DNA of 60,016 nucleotides from Bacilli bacterium. Lineage in GTDB: Bacteria > Bacillota_I > Bacilli_A > RF39 > UBA660. This document shows positions 52,678 through 60,016 of this stretch, piece after piece. Within the stretch, counting starts at the first letter, position 1. Each line of letters starts with the position of its first letter. Both the position numbers and the translations under genes were made by a program. Location of the stretch: positions 1 through 60,016 of the forward strand of contig JAFUTR010000053.1 in assembly GCA_017477845.1 (NCBI GenBank), given 5' to 3'. The notes below the pieces were generated by a model, which was not told where the DNA came from, did no database searches, and saw only the letters and a program-made list of their open reading frames with translations.

Positions 52678-55623
52678 TTAATCTCCAACAAATGTTATTC
52701 TTGCAAAGCCATCATATGAACCACATTTGTTATCAGTGAATCTCTTGCACCCATAGGCACTAGTACATGTGCTTCCCCATCTATCACTGTCATTTTTAGC
52801 ATTACATCCCCACATACGATTAGTTTCTGAAGTTGATGTTGCAGAGGACGTTATGTAGTTAGTTCCATTATATGAATAATTACCACAAGCATCTGCAGTA
52901 TTAGCATATGTTTTCCCTCCATAGTAGCCACCGCCTCCACCACCAGTTCCGCAATTTCCTCCATAGATACCAGCTTCTCCTGTTCCATTAGAAGTGTGGG
53001 TTGCACTATTTGAGTTTGTGGCAACTTTACTATTACTTAATACATCTGCATTGCTGTATGCAGTATCCCATCCAGCGCTTCCAGCTCCACCTCCTGCAAC
53101 TAAAATTCTCGTGCTTGCAGCTGTTCCTGTTCTAAAGTCAGTGGCACCACCGCCACCTCCTCCTGGATCGTGTTTATAATATTCTGGTTCGTCCCATTCT
53201 GGTTCATTATCTCCACCACTGCAGTCTTTTCCACCAACTCCTCCACCGTTCCATCCGGCAAGTCCTCCAGGACTGTGGAATTTTTCATCACATACTCCAG
53301 CTATTCCAACATATTGAACGTAGTTCTTCTGCGAAGCAGTATGTCCACCATCTCCACCTGCTCCTCCTACATAAACATAATAAGTAGTTCCTTTTGTTAA
53401 TTCAAGTGTAGCAGTAACTTTATTTCCTCTTCCTCCTGGAGTGTATTTTCCATCCATTCTTCCACGGCCACCTTGGGCACCCCACAATTCAATTTTATAT
53501 TTTCCAGTATATGTAGGTTTAAAGGTTTGTGATGCTCCAGTATAATATATGTTTGTTGGTGTTTTGCTTCCCCATATTGCATAAAGTGTCATGTTTTCTG
53601 TTAATGTTACTGAAGCTTTATTTCTATACACTACTGCACCTGAAGCCGACTTAGCCCATCCAACAAAACCATAGTCTGTGCGAGTAAAGCTATTGGCATT
53701 TAATGTGACTGTATTATCTTCAAGACCACTTTGCGCTCCCATAGTTCCAGTTCCACCATTTGCAAGATATGTTATTGTATATTCTACACCTGACCAATGA
53801 GCATATAAAGTTTGATCAGAAGATGAAACTTGAGTTGTGTTTTCTAAGACTTGAACTCCTCCTGTTGCACTAGTATACCAGCCTGCAAACTCAATGTCTC
53901 CTCTTGTAGGGGTTGGAAGAGAAGTATAAGTTTGTCCTTCCGAAATAACTAATTTACACTCTCCATCTGCCAAAATAAATGGGCTCGGACAAGTAGAAGA
54001 GGTCCAAGCATCTCCTCTATTTAAATTAAATGTTACAATTGTATCTCTAGTTGTATCTACAACATATGGATCTTGTCTTGATCCATCACCTTGTACATAT
54101 TCTGTTCCATCAACTAGTGATATTGCTGGTCTTACTCCATATGCTCTTAAGGCATTATAATCTGTTAGTTCTCCATTAGTATCAGTAATACCTAAATGAG
54201 CCAAATGATAACTAAAGAATTTTGGAGTACCATTCCAATAATAGTCTCCTACATTTCTCAAAATGTTATTATTTAATAAATTCATTTCATTACTTGTTAG
54301 TAAACCAGTTCTATAAGTTAGGCTAGCTATCTGATTATTTACTGAAAACTTATCAGTTGAATTAGTACAACTTAAATCAAGCGTGTTTGTATTACCATTA
54401 AAATATAAATATTTTGTTGTGTCTCCTCCACTACTATCCCATCCATTAAGAGTACCTATTGTTCTATCATTACAATATATTGCTTTTTCAATGGAATTAT
54501 TATATGGCAATAAATTCATAGCATACCACGATTCTATTACACCCTTTATATTAGAATTATATCTATTAACATCACTACTATTTAACATTGAGTTTAATGC
54601 ATCTTGAGCGTTAGTTGTTCCGCTAGTTAATTTAATATAATACATGACATCACTTCCTGTGTAATAATATACATAGGCAAGGTCTGTACAAGTAGTTGCA
54701 TTATCAGTTAAACATGTGTAGTGATGAGTTGATAAAGTTGTTAAATTATTTGATATTTTTACTGGACTTGTTAATGTGTACTTTGTTCCATCCCACGTTG
54801 CACCTGTTCCAAAATAAGCATTTCCGGTTGGAGTATATGTTAAATAATTATAAACCGTATTGAATTTGTATCCTACCATTGCAGGAGATCTTGGATTTCC
54901 ATTAAATGGACTTATTCCAATTTCACTATAATTAACTGTATTTCCAACTGTGTAGCTTGTTGTATATCCAGTTGTTGAATTTACATATCCATCTATGTGA
55001 TAAAGAGTTGAACATGTGGTATTAGTTCCATCTGCACAAGTGTATCTACCTATTATTACATGATAATTTGCATCTGACCATGTCTTAGTAAATAAACGTC
55101 CTTTAACAGTAAAATTATTGGTTGATGGATCATATTCATATGTAGTTCCATATACATATGATGAATTAAGCGCTTTAGAAGTACCATCTGTTCCTATTAC
55201 TCCTTTATGGTTACTTCTTGTTGATAGGCATTTATTATCAACTACTTCTCCATTATAAAGAAGTTTTACTCCACCTGTGTCAGTTGTTCTAATCATCTGC
55301 CAACAAAAACCTGCAAATATTACATTATTCTTATCTAATATTGCATTGGCGTTATTGTCACTAGTTGCTTTCCAATAATAAATATTCTTTGTGCCAGGAT
55401 CCATCGAATCTTGGTGAGAACCTGTATATATAGCTGCATATTCTCCTTCATTTGCTGCTTTTTCTAAAACATAATATAGTGTTAATGGATAAGATAAAAT
55501 ATTAGTTGAATTTATATTTAATAAAGTTTGTAATGAGGAGTATCCAACTGAAATTGATGAAATAAATATTAATGTTGCAATAAGTAAATATGTTTTTATT
55601 TTTCCTTCGTTTATTCTATTCAT
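52678..55623 (-). CDS. Large surface protein: T/N/Y-rich domain, DUF6273-like end, two InlB-B-type repeats, Gly-rich domain
   Basis: Signal/TM, FAGFCWQMIRT, YGVRPAISL, LPTPTR..FAGWYTSATGG, FTRTDYGFVGW, YKIELWGAQGG, GGGGATDFR..ILVAGGG. Confidence 0.8.
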   Translation of the reverse strand: MNRINEGKIKTYLLIATLIFISSISVGYSSLQTLLNINSTNILSYPLTLYYVLEKAANEGEYAAIYTGSHQDSMDPGTKNIYYWKATSDNNANAILDKNNVIFAGFCWQMIRTTDTGGVKLLYNGEVVDNKCLSTRSNHKGVIGTDGTSKALNSSYVYGTTYEYDPSTNNFTVKGRLFTKTWSDANYHVIIGRYTCADGTNTTCSTLYHIDGYVNSTTGYTTSYTVGNTVNYSEIGISPFNGNPRSPAMVGYKFNTVYNYLTYTPTGNAYFGTGATWDGTKYTLTSPVKISNNLTTLSTHHYTCLTDNATTCTDLAYVYYYTGSDVMYYIKLTSGTTNAQDALNSMLNSSDVNRYNSNIKGVIESWYAMNLLPYNNSIEKAIYCNDRTIGTLNGWDSSGGDTTKYLYFNGNTNTLDLSCTNSTDKFSVNNQIASLTYRTGLLTSNEMNLLNNNILRNVGDYYWNGTPKFFSYHLAHLGITDTNGELTDYNALRAYGVRPAISLVDGTEYVQGDGSRQDPYVVDTTRDTIVTFNLNRGDAWTSSTCPSPFILADGECKLVISEGQTYTSLPTPTRGDIEFAGWYTSATGGVQVLENTTQVSSSDQTLYAHWSGVEYTITYLANGGTGTMGAQSGLEDNTVTLNANSFTRTDYGFVGWAKSASGAVVYRNKASVTLTENMTLYAIWGSKTPTNIYYTGASQTFKPTYTGKYKIELWGAQGGRGRMDGKYTPGGRGNKVTATLELTKGTTYYVYVGGAGGDGGHTASQKNYVQYVGIAGVCDEKFHSPGGLAGWNGGGVGGKDCSGGDNEPEWDEPEYYKHDPGGGGGGATDFRTGTAASTRILVAGGGAGSAGWDTAYSNADVLSNSKVATNSNSATHTSNGTGEAGIYGGNCGTGGGGGGYYGGKTYANTADACGNYSYNGTNYITSSATSTSETNRMWGCNAKNDSDRWGSTCTSAYGCKRFTDNKCGSYDGFARITFVGD

Positions 55624-55638
55624 TTTATCTCCTTTTGT

Positions 55639-56568
55639 TTACTTAAAAATGCAATTATTTTCATATGTATTTATTAAGTTTTCTACATCTTTCTTTTTTT
55701 CCATTATTTTGTTTAGTAATCTTTCTTTAAATATTTTTCTATTACTGTATTTTAGTATTAGTAAATGCATATCAGTTAATATTTTGTTTAATTCTTTATA
55801 ACTATTATCTTTTCCAATTACATTATTAAATATTGTAGGTATTTCTTCTATTAATCCTTTAAATCTTAAATTGTTTATTGTAGGTGCAAATGTTTTATTG
55901 TTTATTAGTCTTTTACAAATGTTTTTCTGAAAAGAATAGGCATCTGATACGTATCCATTATCTCCTATTTCTATTTTTAAGTTATAAAGCATATTTGCGA
56001 GTTCAGTATTTTCTATATTATATTTTCCAAAACTATTTATTATATTAATTATTTCTTCAGTTTGACTTGTATTTAATATTTCTTCTAATGCTATTTCATC
56101 TGATTTTTTTATAAAATTCATTGTAGCTTTATCATATATTAGACTACTTAATCCTGTTCTTACTTTGATATATTTATCATCATAAGATATTTCATTGTTT
56201 ATTGAATTAACTGCATGATTGAATTCATGTACAATATTATCTATTAGGGTAGGTATTGTATTTTCATTATAATTATTTATTACAATATATTTATCTGTGT
56301 AATATAATGCATTGCTTTTTTTTAAAATTCTATTAAAAGACGCTGTTACTATTCCATCTTTATGATTACTTTTATATATTTTTACTTTTCTAAAACATTC
56401 AAGTATTAGTGATTCATTATAAACTTTATATTTATATATAAAAGCAGGCAATATTACATATAATAAATGTCTAATGTTTGAATCATAATTAAAATGATTT
56501 GATATATCATCAACATAAGTGATGTATTTATTAAAGAATACGTTTATATTTTCGTCATTTAAGTTCAT
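55639..56568 (-). CDS. Hypothetical protein with HExxH zinc-binding motif
   Basis: IVHEFNHAVNS and a downstream LEE as candidate third ligand. Confidence 0.6.
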   Translation of the reverse strand: MNLNDENINVFFNKYITYVDDISNHFNYDSNIRHLLYVILPAFIYKYKVYNESLILECFRKVKIYKSNHKDGIVTASFNRILKKSNALYYTDKYIVINNYNENTIPTLIDNIVHEFNHAVNSINNEISYDDKYIKVRTGLSSLIYDKATMNFIKKSDEIALEEILNTSQTEEIINIINSFGKYNIENTELANMLYNLKIEIGDNGYVSDAYSFQKNICKRLINNKTFAPTINNLRFKGLIEEIPTIFNNVIGKDNSYKELNKILTDMHLLILKYSNRKIFKERLLNKIMEKKKDVENLINTYENNCIFK

Positions 56569-56593
56569 ATTATCACCATTATAATTATAACAT

Positions 56594-57784
56594 TTATTTT
56601 TTCTTTATTAAAGAGGCTCTTGTTATTATTTCACTTCCATATTTATCTTTTATTTTATCGATAGCTTTTTGTACTTTTTCACTTTCTTCACTATTGTTTG
56701 CTTTGTCAAATAAATCACTTTGTAATAATCTATTTGTACTTAAATTAGTAAGTCTTATTCCTATATTTCTTATTTTTTCAAAGTTCCATATCTTATATAA
56801 GTTATTAAGTACTGCTTCATAAATATCATCATTAGAGTTTATTGGATATTTGGTTCTACTCTGTTTTGACGATGTAAGAAAGTCATATGTTTTAATTGTT
56901 ACTGCAACAACACTTGCAAATAGTTCTTTTCTTCTTAATGTTCTTCCTACTTCATCAGTTTGTTTTAGAAGAATGCTTTTTACATAATCAATATCATCTG
57001 TATCTTTTTGAAGAGTCCAAGATATACTTATGCTTTTATTTTCTTGTATGCTTGAATCAACAATACTATCATCTATTCCATTGGCTCTTTTCCAAATATC
57101 TTCTCCATATGAATTAAAAACTTTTATTAGTTTTTCTTTATCTGTTTTTGCTACATCGCCAATGCTATTATATCCCATTTTTCTTAGTTTTTCACTTGTC
57201 TTTTTTCCTACCATAAACAATTCTTCTATTGGAAGTGGCCACATTTTAGATGGTATTTCATTATTAAATAGAGTGTGAACTTTATTTGGTTTTTCGAAGT
57301 CACTTGCCATTTTAGCACATAATTTATTATTAGCTATTCCAATATTAACAGTAAAACCAAATTTTTTGTATATTTCATCTTTTATTTTATAAGCAAGCTC
57401 TATAATGTTGTTATATAAATAATGTGTTCCAGTTAAATCAACAAAACATTCATCAATTGAAAACTTTTCAATGGTTGGTGAGAATTTACTGATGTATTCA
57501 AACATCTTGTTAGACATTTCTTTATAATATTTTCTATCAGCCTGAAAAGTTTGTAAATTAGGGCATTTTTTTCTTGCTTGATATAATGTTTCTGCGGTTT
57601 TTATTCCCATTTTTTTAGCTACAGGAGATTTTGCTAAAACTATTCCATGCCTTGTATCTTCATCTCCTGCTATTACTGATGGGATTTCTCTTATATCAGT
57701 TTTATATCCTTCTTTTAAAAGTTTTACTGCTGTCCATGATAAAAAAGCATTATTAACATCAATATGTAATATTATTCTTTCCAT
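56594..57784 (-). CDS. dinB: DNA polymerase IV
   Basis: ILHIDVNNAF, RHGIV, SIDECFVD, AKMASDFEKP, VGKKT. Confidence 0.96.
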   Translation of the reverse strand: MERIILHIDVNNAFLSWTAVKLLKEGYKTDIREIPSVIAGDEDTRHGIVLAKSPVAKKMGIKTAETLYQARKKCPNLQTFQADRKYYKEMSNKMFEYISKFSPTIEKFSIDECFVDLTGTHYLYNNIIELAYKIKDEIYKKFGFTVNIGIANNKLCAKMASDFEKPNKVHTLFNNEIPSKMWPLPIEELFMVGKKTSEKLRKMGYNSIGDVAKTDKEKLIKVFNSYGEDIWKRANGIDDSIVDSSIQENKSISISWTLQKDTDDIDYVKSILLKQTDEVGRTLRRKELFASVVAVTIKTYDFLTSSKQSRTKYPINSNDDIYEAVLNNLYKIWNFEKIRNIGIRLTNLSTNRLLQSDLFDKANNSEESEKVQKAIDKIKDKYGSEIITRASLIKKK

Positions 57785-57808
57785 ACATATCACCTACTTT
57801 TATTATAC

Positions 57809-57832
57809 AAAAAATCTACGAATTATCGTAGA
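57809..57832 (-). terminator. Terminator after the AAA ATPase gene
   Basis: TCTACGA-atta-TCGTAGA hairpin plus T6 on the minus strand. Confidence 0.7.
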
Positions 57833-57835
57833 CCT

Positions 57836-59110
57836 TTATACTAAATCAGATAAGCAAAAAGTTGCATACAAAGGAATATATCTTACTCCTTTTTTTATGC
57901 AAAAGTTATCCTGTGTTATTCTAATTGATTCTTGTGGATTATATTTATTAATGTAAACTGATAAGGCTTTTGATTTTGTTTTACTAAATGGCACTAATTC
58001 AATTGGGATTATATTTCCAGTTCTGGTTTGTATTACAAAATCTATGAATGCTTTTCCTTCTGATTGGTAATAAAATAGTGAATAACCAGCACTAATTAAT
58101 GATATTGCTACACTATTTTCATATAAAACTTTTCTTATTTCTTCTTCTATAGTAAATTGTTTTGCATTAATGTTTAATTTTTTAAAAAGTAATCCTGTAT
58201 CATTCATGTATACTTTAAAATTATCTTTATCTTTAAAATTGCTGATAGGCGATTTTATATCTTGTAATTTATAGCACTTGTATATGAATCCATTATTGTG
58301 TAAAAATGTTAATGCATTTTCATATTCTTTGCTTCTTCCCCCATCTTTAATAAGACCATATTGAAATTTTTTATTTGATTTTGATAGTTGATAAGGAATA
58401 CTATCATATACGTCATTACTTCTTGTTATATCAATTAAATTATCTTGAAGTGCCATTTCTTTTTTATATGTATCAATTATTTTATCAAATACTGAATTTA
58501 GTAAGTGAATATTTTTTTCACGGCTTAAAAGATCAACTGCTTCAGGCATTCCACCAGTTATAACATAGGAGTTATAGTATTCCATTGCAACTTTATGAAA
58601 TGGATTCTTTGTATTGTTTTTAAAACAATTTTTTATAAAATCAATTAGTTCTTCTTTTCCAACAGCTTTTAAATATTCCTCAAAGTCCATTGGAAGCATT
58701 GATTTAAATTGTAATTCTACTCCTTTAAATTTAGATAAGTTATCTCTTAAAGATGTTATAAGTATTACATGATAATCATTTTTAAATTTACCTATTGTTT
58801 TTATGGTATTTACTATTTCAACATCGTTAACATTATCAAGGACAACAAGGGTATCATCTTTAGCAATTTCTTGATTAGTTATTTCAGATAATTTTGAAAT
58901 AATTCCATCAATTGTATTTTGCTTTTTTAATAATTCAATTAGTTTTTTGTTATTATCAGTATCAATATAGACTACATTGTTATAATTATCTTCACCAAAT
59001 TTTAAGACTGTATAAGTTTTTCCTACTTGTTTGCTTCCATATACGACAAGAGGTTTTCTGTTTGGATCAAGTTGCCAATGCTCAAGAAATTTTACTATTT
59101 TACGCTCCAT
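57836..59110 (-). CDS. AAA_14 / DUF4143 family ATPase, divergent
   Basis: RKPLVVYGSKQVGKT, PMDFEEYL, TGGMPEAV, IPYQLSK.NKKFQY, FKVYMNDTGLL, YIPLYA. Confidence 0.88.
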   Translation of the reverse strand: MERKIVKFLEHWQLDPNRKPLVVYGSKQVGKTYTVLKFGEDNYNNVVYIDTDNNKKLIELLKKQNTIDGIISKLSEITNQEIAKDDTLVVLDNVNDVEIVNTIKTIGKFKNDYHVILITSLRDNLSKFKGVELQFKSMLPMDFEEYLKAVGKEELIDFIKNCFKNNTKNPFHKVAMEYYNSYVITGGMPEAVDLLSREKNIHLLNSVFDKIIDTYKKEMALQDNLIDITRSNDVYDSIPYQLSKSNKKFQYGLIKDGGRSKEYENALTFLHNNGFIYKCYKLQDIKSPISNFKDKDNFKVYMNDTGLLFKKLNINAKQFTIEEEIRKVLYENSVAISLISAGYSLFYYQSEGKAFIDFVIQTRTGNIIPIELVPFSKTKSKALSVYINKYNPQESIRITQDNFCIKKGVRYIPLYATFCLSDLV

Positions 59111-59144
59111 AAAATGCCCTCCCATATCATTTTTTTATATTTAT

Positions 59145-59173
59145 ATTATATATTTAACAGATAATTTAGTCAA
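59145..59173 (-). promoter_or_regulatory. SigA promoter of the AAA ATPase gene
   Basis: TTGACT-N17-TATAAT. Confidence 0.75.
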
Positions 59174-59193
59174 GTGAAGATATTGTGATAAAG

Positions 59194-59214
59194 AAAAAAG
59201 TGGAATAATCCACT
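59194..59214 (-). terminator. Intrinsic terminator
   Basis: AAGTGGA-ataa-TCCACTT plus T-run on the minus strand. Confidence 0.6.
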
Positions 59215-59299
59215 TATTTAATTATAGTTATTTATGAATATGTTATTTATAATGTATACATATATTGTTCAGAGCAATAAATATTTTGCTTCGCAAAAT

Positions 59300-59338
59300 A
59301 GATTTAAGATTTAAGATTTAAGATTTAAGATTTAAGAT
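59300..59338. repeat. Heptamer tandem repeat (AGATTTA) x5.6
   Basis: Five perfect copies plus AGAT, flanked by hairpins at 59282-59300 and 59351-59365. Confidence 0.95.
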
Positions 59339-59371
59339 AGCTCGGCAATAAGCACCGGCGGTGCTAGTTAC

Positions 59372-60016
59372 TCAGTCTAAGTTATAATTGAGGCATTCAG
59401 AATAGCCATATTTATTCACATAACATTGCCAGAAACTAGCGCGCTCTTGTGCATATACCTTGCCATCGTTATCTGCATATGCTTCAAATGTTTCATTTGT
59501 ACATGTATATCCTGTATAAGTGGAATAATTTGTTTCTGTACAATTACTTGCTCCAAATGCACTATTAAGGATTGATTTATTGGCTTGATAGTTTGAACCT
59601 TCGTCTCCACCAATTAGATAGTATTCTTGATTATTTAATTTGAATCCCACTGATTTAGTTGTATTTTTGCCATTTACTTGATATCTTAAGTAATTTAAAT
59701 GTCCTGCTGCTTCCATTGCTTCTGTTGATGTTTCATAATGGTCACTTCCAGTTGCTGAGTATCCTGATTTAAATTCAGAACATGATTCATAGCCTTCATC
59801 ATATTGTGTTTCTATATATAAATCACATTTAAATGTTCCAGCTGTCTTATATTGGGTTATTGATATATCACCTTCTACACTTAAATCTACGTCAAACTCT
59901 TCACATGAACAGTGGTATCCTGTAAAACCGAAACGTAAAGCATCTCCTCCAGTTCCTGATACTGCACCACAATTACTTGCTCCAAAGGCTTCATCTAATA
60001 TCGATTTATTCTCTTC
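59372..60016 (-). CDS. C-terminal part of a Cys-containing repeat protein, probably surface-exposed (5' end outside the window)
   Basis: Frame is open from 60016 to the stop at 59372. Two copies of NKSIL..AFGASNC..TGY.C. Confidence 0.75.
   Translation of the reverse strand, partial: EENKSILDEAFGASNCGAVSGTGGDALRFGFTGYHCSCEEFDVDLSVEGDISITQYKTAGTFKCDLYIETQYDEGYESCSEFKSGYSATGSDHYETSTEAMEAAGHLNYLRYQVNGKNTTKSVGFKLNNQEYYLIGGDEGSNYQANKSILNSAFGASNCTETNYSTYTGYTCTNETFEAYADNDGKVYAQERASFWQCYVNKYGYSECLNYNLD

Noticed and set aside
54100-54250. Diversity-generating retroelement at the GVRP-ending domain
   Set aside because: No template repeat or reverse transcriptase seen in the window.
57785-57835. LexA (GAAC-N4-GTTC) box upstream of dinB
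   Set aside because: No match; the palindrome there is the terminator of the upstream gene.
59300-59338. Possible CRISPR array
   Set aside because: Contiguous 7-bp units with no spacers, and no cas genes in the window.

Overview
Very AT-rich bacterial chromosome segment, with almost all genes on the minus strand. TGA is used as a stop (map, secY), so the code is the standard bacterial one. Gene content points to a reduced-genome member of the Bacilli, probably RF39-like (inference). The core is the S10-spc-alpha ribosomal superoperon (rpsJ to rplQ, no rpmD), followed after two inserted genes by an ecfA1-ecfA2-ecfT-truA block and rplM-rpsI. Both ECF ATPases have lost their catalytic motifs while the reading frames stay intact. 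Other content: class B sortase, CtpA protease, YdcC and YuzA sporulation-associated homologs, cdaA-cdaR without glmM, class I aldolase, two tandem tRNA-Thr genes, and gmk. A VTC/DUF4956/DUF4353 operon is preceded by Pho-box-like repeats. A 2557-aa cyclic beta-1,2-glucan synthase-like gene is coupled to pgi and a stomatin/SPFH gene. The window also holds dinB, several lineage-specific surface proteins (including an orphan RsgI-like domain fused to 10 Cys-pair repeats), one doubly disrupted gene, and a heptamer repeat flanked by hairpins. No transposase, integrase, reverse transcriptase, rRNA or CRISPR array was seen. All family calls come from motif recognition by eye; no database search was run.
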